NCBI GenBank assembly: GCA_964016885.1
Contig: OZ024740.1
Coordinates: forward strand, 132,308,001-132,372,000
Source of the DNA: Eledone cirrhosa
Lineage: Eukaryota
Direction: 5' to 3'
DNA length: 64,000 nucleotides
Part shown: in pieces, positions 39,890 to 52,972 of the stretch
Numbering within the stretch: position 1 is the first letter of the stretch
Layout of the letters: each line of letters begins with the position of its first letter
Made by a program: the position numbers and the translations under genes
Notes under the pieces: generated by a model
Databases searched by the model: none
The model's input: the letters and a program-made list of their open reading frames with translations, nothing else
Told to the model about the DNA's origin: nothing

Positions 39890-39937
39890 TAAGCTGACAG
39901 ATCTCTGTTTCATACAGTTGGTATACCTCAGAGCTTA
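39890..39937 (-). ncRNA. Hammerhead motif with one core mutation (CUGAGGU)
   Basis: UAAGCU-CUGAGGU-AUAC-CAACU-GUAU-GAAAC-AGAGAUCU-GUC-AGCUUA. Confidence 0.7.
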
Positions 39938-40220
39938 GCACTCACGTTCTTTGTTGTGAAAGGAAGTAAGTGACATAGCCACTACTTTAAAACAATTGCG
40001 TAAGGTCTTCAAAATACGTTTAATTAAGTATACATTGTATTGCAAAATACACTATATATACATTCATATATATATCACTATTTCAGAGCACCAATTCTCA
40101 TTTTCAATTGTTGATGGACTGGCAAGGGCTCCGTATAATCAGTTCCTGATTATTACTGGAATTCTATAAGAATCCAACATTAATAAGTTTCAACAAACAA
40201 GGGGGGGGGGGGGGGGGTGC

Positions 40221-40268
40221 TAAGCTCTCAGGAATACCAACAGTATGAAACAGAGATCTGTCAGCTTA
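40221..40268 (+). ncRNA. Hammerhead motif with one core mutation (CUCAGGA)
   Basis: UAAGCU-CUCAGGA-AUAC-CAACA-GUAU-GAAAC-AGAGAUCU-GUC-AGCUUA. Confidence 0.7.
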
Positions 40269-40394
40269 TCTCCATTTGTTTGTTGAAAAAAGAAGTCAGT
40301 GACATAGTCACTACTTAAACAGAATGGCGTAAGGTCTTCAAAATGCTTTTAATTAAGCATACAGTGTATTGCAAAATACACTATATATACATTC

Positions 40395-40425
<31 letters not shown>

Positions 40426-41517
40426 TGTGCGTGTGTGTGTGTGTATGTGTGTGCGCGTGTGTTTGCGCGCGCGTACATGTATATTTACATTCATTTCACA
40501 CACTAACCACAATCCTTAATTATTTATAGTACAAATAGAATATAGATGGTTTACGCGAAAGCTTCACCCCTGCTCCTAGGGTAACCTTATTTTCTTAACT
40601 TTTTCTTAATTTTTACTTTTGTTTTATTTTATTCATTTTCGACAGATCGCTGACCAACAGAAACCCCCTCTCCCCTCTGTACGGCACCGTTATCTTTCAT
40701 CTCCCATCACGCATAACCCATAACCACATCCATACCTACACCCAGCAATCTAACATCACCACCTACACGTCACAGCCCCGCAACTCTCAACAACCATAAC
40801 TCCCCACCATCACCCCTTCACTATGATCCATCCCCCACCTATCACACATACCAAAACATTCTTTATAACAAAAGTACCAATCAAAACAACAGTAAATGAC
40901 CACCATAAATGAATGTGAATGGTTATAGACCTTTTTAAGCATTAGAGGTTCATTCTGTCATTACTACAGCCGAGGTCCGACGACTTTTGAATCCAGAGTC
41001 GGGTTAGATCGGAACTTGTATTTCCCAGGTACGAATCCGTATACCGGAACTCACACAATGTGTTCCGGACCAACGGTAACGTGGTTTCTTCACTATAACT
41101 TCAGCCCGAACGTGCGTGCAAAAGTGCTGCCTTCAATGCGGAGAATCTAAGCGTTAATCCTAGAAGCATCCATATGGAGTATGATCAACGGAGTATACTC
41201 CTTATTCATTCTATCGAATAGCAGTTTAAGAGAGCTAATGGTGTTTGTAGTTACGTATGTTTGTATGGATGGATTTAGAATGTAAAAACAAATTATAATA
41301 CGAACAATGGTGATGAAATATATTATTGAGATTGTTGAAATAAAAGAATATAGACTCAATATTTCGGACAGTAGCTAATCATCAGAACAAAGAAAGATAG
41401 ATAAAATATGAAATAGAAAAGTAGAGAATGAGAAGAGGAAGGGACGGACACAAATGAAAAAAACAATTACATTTGCGCTTCCGGAAAGCCATTTTGTATA
41501 TATATATATATATGTCC

Positions 41518-42296
41518 GAGATTTCTTCATAGGAGCCTTTATCCTTATAGCTTGGTCGAATTGATTTTTTATATGGTTAAATATGCTGATTGGCAGAGTA
41601 AATGATATATTTTATTTATGTAATAATTCTATAGACATGATTTATGATATATTGCTCTGATTATTTAATTTATTAATTCTTCATAGAGCCACAAAGTGAC
41701 CGGTTGTAACATATATAACTTTATGTATATGTGAACCTTTATATTTAATAATCTCCCGTTAGGTTGAGATGCAATTTGGCGATATTTGGCTGCGCTTTCT
41801 AGCAACAAGCCTACCCACCGTAAGCAACCAATCACATTCTTTCCAACTTGACCACGGCCATATTGTGATTCTAAGCCATTTTTTAATCTAATTTTGGCGC
41901 GATCGCTTTGGAATACTAAGTGTTTATTTTTGAGTTTGTCTCCTGATGAATCCGAACGTGGATTTCCTATTAATTAGATATCTAAAAATACGTATGAAAC
42001 CATGGTAGAGATATAGTTACGCTATGTACACATTTCTTCTAAATTTGAATTTACACCAAATTGTGTATGGTTGATTGTATATTTGGTCAGTTTCTACATG
42101 CTGTCGAAATGTTGGATATATACACTATTGAGCCCACCGCGAAGAGGCCACTTTCGTTTGTTTGTCGGAGATTTCTTCATAGGAGCCTTTATCCTTATAG
42201 CATGGTCTAATTTATTTTTTATATGGTTAATTATGCTGATTGGCAGAGGAAATGATATATATTTTATGTATCTAATAATTCTATAGACATGATTTA

Positions 42297-42302
<6 letters not shown>
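41518..42302 (+). mobile_element. Non-coding repeat, 650-bp unit x 1.2, with HHR, flanked by (TA)n
   Basis: 41518-41651 is repeated at 42168-42302; HHR at 41938. Confidence 0.8.
41938..42012 (+). ncRNA. Hammerhead ribozyme type I, extended and partly decayed stem II
   Basis: GUCUC-CUGAUGA-(46 nt)-GAAAC-CAUG-GUA-GAGAU; stem III is the palindrome ACCAUGGU. Confidence 0.72.
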
Positions 42303-42381
<79 letters not shown>

Positions 42382-42498
42382 TAACAGATTAAAGTTTAAG
42401 CAAAGAATCGCTGCTTTCACGCTTAACGGGATCTTTGATATATATTTATCCTTATCGAGCCCTCTTTGGATTTTAGTCTTCAAATTAGCTATTATTAC

Positions 42499-42529
<31 letters not shown>

Positions 42530-42682
42530 ATGTGTGTGTTTGTGTGTGTAGAGGTTATATTTCATTTGTTGCAATACAAGAAGCTAAATATGTTTATAAC
42601 TGATATAAAGCGCTCAACAAATTATTGGAGTAAACATACAATATATTAACAAATGGAAACTATATTTATAAAACCATATTTA

Positions 42683-42744
42683 TTTCATTATACATATTTC
42701 AAGGGCCACCAGAGCAAACTATGGTGCGCTTTCATCAGATAAAA
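42683..42744 (-). ncRNA. Hammerhead ribozyme (mirror of 42882-42943)
   Basis: Same core and stems. Confidence 0.78.
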
Positions 42745-42881
42745 TATAATATAGGTTAGTTTTATAAATAAATAAATATTTACATACCCTTAAAATATGC
42801 AACCATTCTGGTTGGAATCTCCTGGATTTATTTATTTATTTATAAAATTAACATATATATAATATATTATATTATATTATA

Positions 42882-42943
42882 TTTTATCTGATGAAAGCGC
42901 ACCATAGTTTGTTCTGGTGGCCCTTGAAATATGTATAATGAAA
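42882..42943 (+). ncRNA. Hammerhead ribozyme type I
   Basis: UUUUAU-CUGAUGA-AAGCGCACCA...UGGUGGCCCUU-GAAAU-AUGU-AUA-AUGAAA. Confidence 0.78.
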
Positions 42944-43312
42944 TAAATATGGTTTTATAAATATAGTTTCCATTTGTTAATATATTGTATATATATATAT
43001 ATATATTTATATTGTGTCTTCTCTCGTCGTGAACGACATATAATGGTTCGAAGAGGATATATTTTTAATAGAAATTAAATTTCATGCGTCTAGATTCCAT
43101 GAACCCGCATATGAATCTTGAGATCCAGCAGTCGTCCTGCCCACCTGTACGGAACATTTATGAGGATAGCTTCAATGCGTGGCGTATCAGATTGTGTGCA
43201 GGCTTGGCATATAATTAAAATCATGCTGATTCATATACTTTCGATACAGACTCCATGAATCATATAGTGAAGTCAGTTCTATATGTATATATGCATGCAC
43301 ACACACACGCAT

Positions 43313-43344
<32 letters not shown>

Positions 43345-43371
43345 ACACATATACCCACACCCACACACACA

Positions 43372-43416
<45 letters not shown>

Positions 43417-45548
43417 CTATATATATGTGTGTGTGTGTATTTTCCCGTTTCAAGTTTTCCAGAAAAGAGACGGGGAAGCACTGTCTTGATGATGGTCCCT
43501 GCCTGGAATCCGCTTAATGGCGTAGCTCTCATCCTTTCCATATTCGTAGCCAGGCATTTCAAATTTGTATTTATTAAACATACCCTATATCATTAAATAT
43601 ACGAAATTCACATACTTGTATGCATACAGCTATGTTGGAGATGAAATGTTTATTCTACTTTCAAGTTGAGCCAACTTACACAATTCCATACGCTTATCAG
43701 TCATATCTGCGATCATAAGATATTTAATTATGTACCTATTAAAAGAATACAGATAACAACGGAAAAAAGGGGATACGATACCACCCGTATATCTTTTTGA
43801 TATTAAATAATGAAGTTTTTACACTTATCACATATTCAGCTGATGAAATAATACCTTCCCCTTTCCGCCATTGAAAGCTCTATCTATTTACAAGTATGCA
43901 TATCTGCCTATGGTGCAACGCATCTCACCGAAGGCAAAATCAGAAGTACTTAGATCCAATCCTCAATCTTAACCAGTAATTTTCTCTATTTCAATCAGCC
44001 AGAAGCTGGGGTAATGACATCATTAATCAATCTACAGCCTCGAATGTAGTAAGTAAATTTTACTCGCTGACGTTTTTAAGCGACCAACTGCTTATGGAGA
44101 TGAGCGGATTAAAGAATGATGCTTCTGTTCATTATTTCATGAAACAATGAAAGGATGTGTTGTTGTGTTGTAAGTGTTTAGATCAGGGTGAGTCCTATTC
44201 AATCATCAATGATCAAAGGCTTTTATATGTATTATCGATTATTAGACATAATATATGTCGGAATATATTTTCAAATGTGTCATTACGTTTGTAATACAAG
44301 GTCAGATTTGTTGCTGGTCAACCGATGCCTAGATGCTACCTTTTTGGGTAAGTAGAACTAGCGGAGTTAGTACATGGCTGATGCTTATTTCTTCATATAT
44401 CTACTTTCTTTATTATGGCTTGAAAAGGAATGGCCCTTTAGCACCAACCATTGTTATGTATATTGAATGGGCTTTTAAGAGAGAAAATATGCAGAAAATG
44501 AAATGAATTGAAAGTTTTCCGGGAAAACCGACTGAGAGAAATCGAACAATGTGTTTTGCTAAGAATTAAAATGGAAGAATATACCAAAGAAAGACATAGC
44601 ATTGAAACACATTAACCGATCATCTGCCATTATAGTTTCAATGTATTTATTTGAAAATCTAATACATATATAATATAAATAGAAAATCGGCAACTATATC
44701 ATAATCACCCTCTTATATATCGTTACAAATATGAAGACAACAGACAGCTGACTTGCAAATTCTAGTGATAGTTACATTATCTCTTGAAGAACAAAGGAGT
44801 TGAAATTTTCAAAACACAATGGTAATTCCACAGAGATTTGCTTTATATTGCTTTACCTATACTTCATATTGGCTAATGCATTTGAATATTGGAATTCCTC
44901 AAATAGATATTATATCTCATGGGTATTGAGTATTTCGGAATACTAACAGTTACAAAAGGTCATATTTTAAGCTTCAATTGGCAAGTCTTAATCATACTTT
45001 ATTATGTGAGATGAATCTGTTCCGGCAATGCAATATACATATATGAATAGCCCGATATGTGTTTACCTATGTTATATACTATGTTAATGTACGTACATAT
45101 GTATATTTGGAAGGTTTTAAAAGTGTATATGGATATATATATATATATATATATAAATGTATGCGTATGTGAATGTGTATGTATGTGTGTGTGTGTGTGC
45201 GTGTGTGATTGTTTGTATGTGCATGGACGTACGTGTGAGGGTTTATGTGTGTGTCTATGTAGATGGTTGCGTGTGTCACTGTGTGTGCATGAATGTTTTA
45301 TTGGGGGTGCTTTTGTGAACTTGCATAAGAACGACAAAGATAGCGACATTTCTCTTGTGCGTATGAATAATGTTCAGTATGCATGAGATTCACAAATATC
45401 AAGATTCACATATACATACTAAGCTTACAGCGCTGCTCATATATAAGTATGTGTATCTTGTATGGACAGTTATAAACATAGAAATTCATATAGAGACGGT
45501 GACAGAGAAAGAGGTGATTATATATTTGTCTTTAAATACACAAGCACT

Positions 45549-45591
<43 letters not shown>

Positions 45592-45771
45592 TATATATAT
45601 ATATATGTTTGTGTGTGTATATATATATATATATATATACATATCTTTATATATATATACATATATGTTTGTGTGTGTGTATATATATATATATATTTAT
45701 TTATATGGGTGTGTGTGGGGGGACTATATCTCTCTTTCTCTCTCTCTCTCACTATATACATATATATATAT

Positions 45772-45829
<58 letters not shown>

Positions 45830-47179
45830 GGGGATATAAGTGTAAATATGTAATTGTATATGCATATTTCTCGCACCAACAGGTACAAAGTAGTAGAATT
45901 TATTGGTAGAATATTTATAGTTTCTTTGAAATATTGTGTGAGCGAACGTCAGTAAAACTAATATATGATGTATCCACACAGATATATTTGAATAAACACA
46001 TACATATTATTACACCGTGTAGATTTCATTACACTCCTACACCCAATGGATGAATATATGAGTTAAATGACGCAAATTATATTGATAGAAATACCAATAA
46101 AGTTACTTTTCTATATCATTCATTGCAATAGTCCCCAAGTTCGACATATAATGGCGCAGCATAAATAACTTCGAACGTAAGCTGAATCTGCGATTTGGTT
46201 TATATTTTTCATCTGATGCCGTTTCCAACACCTACGCAATTATATGTTTTACTGTTTTTTTTTTGTTTTTTTTATATTCTTTTTTGAATCAACTCACCGC
46301 AACCTAATCGAGCAGCAGTGTGATGAACGTCGTTTCAAGCGCGACCATCCTGACTTTTGCGATATCAGAACAGCCATTACATTCCTTTTAATAACGTATT
46401 TGTTAAATTCAGGTATGGTTGCTATTTCGATACATTTCTCATGTTGATGACCCCTATTTTTTTATAACATGTGTGGGAAATCCATATACTGCGTTATATT
46501 GTTTTGTTTCTGTCACTATTTCGTATTTTTTAAATACTTCCGTGCAAAACATTTTACCATTTTTACCATCTAGTTTATTTATTACACAATATTACTGAGC
46601 CAACAAAACAGCCAATACAGGGTGGATGAAGTTACTATAAATAGCAACCATATTTTTCATATCGCCATCCTAAAATAAGCCGTCTTAAAATAACAAGAAT
46701 AAACGTTGATAACCTACACCAAGATACGCTACACTTAAACTTAGATATGTGATTGTCACAAATTAGTTATTTATCATTATAGAACTCAATGAAAAATTAG
46801 AGTTAACTAGCAGGAGCATGGACCATATATTATAGATCTTTCGTTAAGATATTAGAATGTAGATAATATTCTTTATCGGAGACAGTTGGATCTTCCAAGG
46901 CTCCACTTTGATTGCGAGAATTGTTTTCTCTTATAATGAAAATGCATATCATTATCGGATAAAGATTATTTAACGTTGGATACTTTACTCATGGAAAGAT
47001 CGACGAGTGGGACAGAACAAGTATGGCTGAAATGAAGTTTCCCCGCGTTTCGAAACCTATATACATATATAAACACATATGACAGTATCGTGTGATTTGT
47101 GGGATATCCCCTTGCGATTCATATCATCCGGAAGAGAATGGATAGTTTGGTCCTGTCAACACCTAGTTTCCCACAACTG

Positions 47180-50100
47180 GCCTTTATAAAACGCAGACGT
47201 GTAATTTTAACTTAATGCATTGGCCGATTTGTTCACAGGTGAAGACGTCCGATGTCATTCCAGATGCCAGGCGCCAGGATTGAAGCTCAATAAAAACGTC
47301 AAGTTGTATAAAAACATGGGTCACAAACGGTGACCACACCTGGTCTACGTTTATGAATATCAAATGCTGTCGACGCAACGCATATTTTGCACATCATCAC
47401 CTCCGTATAGAAGGTGTTCGCAGCAGATGGACCGCTTCAGTGGAACCTCTCACATCCACAAGAAGAGAAGGAGCATGCACTGCAGTCTTATAAGACCAGG
47501 AGTTAGGAAATGGCTGAAACAGACCTCCCAGGTCTTGGTTCGAGCACGATGCACTGTACCAACTCCTGCTTCCGCAATGATGGCTCGAGAGTCTGCACAT
47601 ACAGAAGGGTGAAGCTACGACAAATCACAGAATTTGAAACGGTTCCGATTATTCGCCATACACTCTGAAATTCGAGCTGGTGCCGAATGTGCATTACAGC
47701 AATCCACCTTCTGGGGGCGTGACAGAAATCACAGACTCGATAGTCGACCATATAGAAAGCTTGGTATTTATCTAAATTTATGCCAGCGTCACAGAAATCA
47801 GGTTTACACTCTACAATCTTTATGTTGTATCACATCGGGTGGAATTTGTAGTGTTTAGACCTCATTGCTAGAACTTTGTGCAGTTATGGACTGGAAATTA
47901 TCAACAACTTCCACCCTGATGTCTTTTATTTTTCTTCAGCATAACTACACCCCGTCTTATTGAGCTGGGATTTCTCCCTCATTCCTGCCAGTTGAAGTAA
48001 AGGGCTTCAACTACATCAAAGAACGTATCTGTAATGCCGAGATTAAAAATCATTATGATAGACCATCCAAACCGATCAATTTGTGCCTCATACTGCCACT
48101 TAGGGCTCCTGTATATCGGCTGCTGTTCTTTGGCTCATCGCAGCACTTTGCATATTCCGACTTAAGCTACAACAGGCCTCCGATGGAGGAACCATAGTTC
48201 CCTTGCGGGCTTGAACAGATATGCAATGTTCATTTAGAAAACCTCAGACATCTGTTTCGAATCGACCAGTACTCGCCGATGTAGGTCTGTCAAAGGTGAA
48301 CATGGAATCATTGCCTCGCTGTCCTCTGACACTCTGGCTCATCGAACAGTGTTCTTTCCTTCGTGGTTTAGAGCAATTGCCTTGGTTTTTCAACGCTCTC
48401 TGTGCAATGAAGAAATGATCCAGTGCCAAAAATCTAGTTAGCACTTCAGTTGCAATACCACTACCAATGGCTTCCTCTAGTTTAGCTACTAAATCCCCCT
48501 ATTTCTAGTGTTGCTATTGCTAATTCTTTACTAAATGCTATTGATTCTACTCTAATCGCTGTGGTTGTTGATTGACTCAGTCAGCTGTCTCTTACTAATG
48601 TGGTAATCCGGTTTCTATAACCTTTACGCGTCGAACGAGGCGTTAATCTTCCAGTAACCGGGTTCTTGTCATGCATATGGTGATAAGGATAGCATAGGGT
48701 GTCCACAACTATGCTATCCTTATCTGTTATCATAATCAAAGAAGTATATAAATACGATCGGTACTGTCCTATGTGTTTGCCCCATGTACACACTGTGTCA
48801 TTCGAGGTAACTTGTCAGTACCTTTCAGCCAGTTGGAATTAACTGATCAGTTTATTGAGGCTTTTGCATCTACTGCTAATATCAGTTACTACATCAAAGT
48901 CTCCATGTGCGTCTCAGATACGTTTCTAGGTCCTCGATACATTAAAGACTGAGGAGTTCATAGGACATCTTCCACGCTTGAAGAAATCCGGCTGTCCAGC
49001 TCAAGTTGGAATATTGTTGACCATCGGTCTACAAATATAACCTTCACTATTTATCCAGGACCACCGTCTTACCGACCGAATATCGGTGTCTGCAGAATCT
49101 CTCCCCGATATGGGTAGGAAGTTGCCTTGTTTGCGTGAGTATCTGTATGAGAGTTTTGCTTAGAGGAGTTGTAGAAAATGAAATAGATAGCGAGAGGGAG
49201 AGCTTCGTTGGGGACAACCTGGGTATTTTTCACGTTGTTTGTTGAGTTTCTTATTACTAGTGATGGTTGTGATTGTTCGACCGCTGCTGTTTGCAGTTTT
49301 ATTGCTATTCATGCTGTTATTTGACGTTGCTGGTGTTCATGCTGTTGCTGCAGTTGTGAGTTTTGCTGTTGATTTGCTGCTGCTATGGAGATTGTTGCCA
49401 TTGTTGTTTTTCAATGTTTTTGATCTTGTGAATTTTTGGTTCCTGTTTTTGTCAGCTAAACGACACTTTGGTTTACCGTCTTCTGTGAAACGTAAACAGC
49501 TCCCAGGTAGCATGTCTCCCCGCACGAATGAAAATGGATGTTTGCCCTCAACCACTACCCAGCCCGGCAGCTGTGTTTTTTATTTGTAGGCTTTATGTGC
49601 AGGAGGATCTCCAAACATATCTCCGTCCAGTGTTCCCTCCATGTAACATGATATCTATGAGGGTAGCTTTGCCTTCCCGTATGACAAAGGTCACGACCCA
49701 CCAATACTAGCGGGACATCGATGATTGCTACCCTTTTTGAATTTCTTGTTTGGTACGAAGATTATAGTACAACTTGGTCTGTTCGATCGATGACCATATA
49801 ATGCTTGACGGCCAAATCTTCGCCTTTGAAGAGCACTGAGGGGATAGCTTATTGGCTTGTTCTAGCTTTATGCAATACGTCAGGGATAATATATTCCATT
49901 GCTTTTTCACACACATATTCTGGTGACACCTATGGCCGTTACAATTTTATAGAATGTTATTCTGCTGGTGGTGGTGTCGGTGATATACGTTTTTGGCTGT
50001 GCTCACAGATATGTTGTTGGGATCATGCTGGCAGACATTGTCTGTGGCAGAAAACCAAGTTCAGACGTACTTCCTGCTGCGCATGTTTTTATTTTTTGTT

Positions 50101-50350
50101 GCTGTTGTTTTTGACGCTGCTGCTGTGGTTGATGTTGTTGGTATTGCTACCTCTGATAAGACTAATGTGTTGTTGTTCTTGTTAATGTTGTTGCTGTTGG
50201 CGATGTCTGAAGATGTAGTGGCGAGAGTGTTGACGTTAATGGACAGCCGTCTGTTCTGTGTTGCGAATAACCTGCTGCTCAGTTTAGCGAAGGAATATTT
50301 GTCGTCTACTATCTTATTCCGAAAGAAATTGATAGGCGTGTTTCAAAAGC
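47180..50350 (-). mobile_element. Heavily decayed L1/Tx1-type LINE (ORF1, APE endonuclease, RT)
   Basis: Minus-strand remnants: ORF1 VVEGKHPF; APE GDFDVV..FQLAERY..CTWGKHIGQYRSYL; RT DNFQSIT and LLYVQTLEPSLRK..SVSA. Boundaries are approximate. Confidence 0.7.
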
Positions 50351-50558
50351 AATTGCACCTTTAATAATAAAAAAAAAAACTATTATTTATGTTCTGCGAA
50401 CTCTCACTCTAATAATATTTTGGATCATTTATCCTGTGGATTAGACATTACATCAATAGGTTAATTCTATTTACTGATGTCATATTATCACAACAGATTA
50501 ATATCACCCCCTCCCCACACACACGCGCATATATATATAAATATATAAATATATATAC

Positions 50559-50605
<47 letters not shown>

Positions 50606-50659
50606 AACATCTATATAAATATATATATATTGAGAGAGAGAAAAAGAGACAGAAAGAGA

Positions 50660-50678
50660 TAGACAGAGAGATAGATAT

Positions 50679-50765
<87 letters not shown>

Positions 50766-50790
50766 TATAGACATATAGATAGATAGATAG
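50660..50790. repeat. (GATA)n microsatellite
   Basis: Direct reading. Confidence 0.95.
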
Positions 50791-51500
50791 CGAGAGAGAG
50801 AGAGAGTGATTCTTCAGGATAGACGCTTTATGTGTTTTCCTTTCTTTCGCTTCTGGGTAGTAAATGTTGTTCAGGTAATTTGTATGCCGAGTAAGAGGAA
50901 AGCGATATAGAATTGAAAAATATCTATTTCCATCATTCGTTCTTGCAACTATTGCTCACTTAACATTCTATCCTTTTTTTTTACACCACTCTATGTTCTT
51001 TTTTGTCTATACTTTCGTTATTTCCCCCTCATTTATTTATCGATTTCTTTATTTCATACTGGTCTTAACACCGTTTTTCTTGTTGATCATTTTGTAACGT
51101 TTTGTTAAATTTCATATTTTCCAAGGTGCCAGGTTATTGGTGCCAAACGTCTGGCCAAAGTCTATCTGGCAAGTCAGATGCACACAAAAATTATTTTACA
51201 GCTCCGTAGTTCCTCTTTGCTAAATAATTGTTCTCGGGCCATCAATACAAAAACTATATTTCCAAAACAGGCTAGAACTTTCGAGTTTAATTTATTTACA
51301 GTCAGGTCATGCTAACAACATATCTTAGCTGTCCTGAAAAGCTGTCTAACACCATAGTTCTTCCCAACTTTTCCTTTCTTTATCTTATTTATTTATCTTA
51401 TTTTTCATCCTTGCATCTTTTCATACTTCTCTGTATTATTTTCCTTTTAGATATTCTTTTAACTTTTCCCCCAGAACATTAATATATCTATTTAAATGTG

Positions 51501-51571
<71 letters not shown>

Positions 51572-51839
51572 CAGTGTGTATGTGTGTATGTGAGCGTTTG
51601 TGTGGGTTTGTGTGCGTGAGGATGTAAGTGTGTATTTTTACCTGTATGCATGTAGTTATGCATGTAAGGATGTGTGAGTTTATGTTTCCAGAAAATTGAT
51701 GCGTATTCATGAGTACAAGTTCCAATATAAAATTCCATATATCTCTACATTTAACTAAACATACATACGTACACATACACACACGCGCACATACACACAC
51801 ATACACGCACACACACACACATATATATAAATTTATATA

Positions 51840-51989
<150 letters not shown>

Positions 51990-52092
51990 TATTGAAATTT
52001 CCGTTGGAAACAGAAAAGGTCATAGAAATGAAGAGTGCTCTATGTAAGTATCAGAGCAAAATATAATGTATAAAAATCAATACAATATAAGT

Positions 52093-52164
52093 ACCTCATT
52101 ACCAGAGGTTTCCCGAATAAGGCGAATACGAAATAAACGACTTCATTCGTTCGTCAGACGAGGC
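52093..52164 (-). ncRNA. Hammerhead ribozyme type I, extended stem II with A.G at its base
   Basis: GCCUCGU-CUGACGA-A-CGAAUGA...UUAUUCG-G-GAAAC-CUCUG-GUA-AUGAGGU (stem I has 7 bp). Confidence 0.78.
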
Positions 52165-52934
52165 AATATAAAACATGGGTAAATACTTAGAAAAACTCAT
52201 CAAGAAAATCAAAAAAAGATATAGACAAATGAAATAGAAATTTAAATATATATAAATCTATCAAGAAATATAGTTAGGTGTGTGTATATTTATGTATATA
52301 CGCTCACAGATGTGCATATATGTATATGCAGACATGTATACGTATAGTGAGAAAGTGTGCGTAATTCTAAAATTTAGGGCAAATGTATCTGAATGTCTGT
52401 AATCTACGGACAGAATAGTTACATCATAAATATATGAATATGAAGGCGCGCGCATAAAACGCCTGCACACTCGTACACTTAGACGCGGAAGTAAAAGAGG
52501 TAAGGGAGTGTAATAATTAAAGGAAAGTATCAATCTCGATATATTTATAAAAATGTAACAATAAATTAGAAAGAAAATATTTTTAGAAAGAAAAAATTAA
52601 AGAAAAGAAGACAAAAAAAGGGTACATACATACACAGACACGCATGTCTCACAAAAGAAATGCAAAAATATATATGCTTATATACACACGCGCACTTACA
52701 CATCCATACGTTCGATACGTACATACACACACACACACACACATACTTACACTCACGCATATGAACCTGTTTGCATGCACACGCATAAAACTGAGTAAGT
52801 TAAAAAAAGGAAAGGGGGGGGGGGAGAAGAAAAAAGGAACAAAACATAAAACCGAGATGTCAAAAACACGGATGTAAAGACACATACACATACGCATAAT
52901 GTATACATATACACACACACACACACACGCATAT

Positions 52935-52972
<38 letters not shown>

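Larger units (their letters stand above)
39726..40400. mobile_element. HHR-bearing non-coding repeat: inverted arm (39735-39942) plus ~1.4 direct units of ~329 bp (39947-40400), flanked by (TA)n
   Basis: gtgacatag recurs at 39970 and 40299; both segments are reverse complements of 39735-39942. Confidence 0.8.
42636..42990. repeat. Small palindrome (arms 42636-42777 / 42826-42990) with an HHR in each arm
   Basis: Near-perfect reverse-complement arms. Confidence 0.88.

Noticed and set aside
41355-41390. CUGAUGA...GAAAU on the minus strand
   Set aside because: Stem II does not pair; possibly a deleted relic.
43020-43570. GC-richer segments split by a microsatellite (possible exon or LINE remnant)
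   Set aside because: No motif I can assign.
43836-43885. CUGAUGA-AAU...AUU-GAAAG-CU-CUA
   Set aside because: There is no stem I and only 3 AU pairs in stem II, which is compatible with chance.
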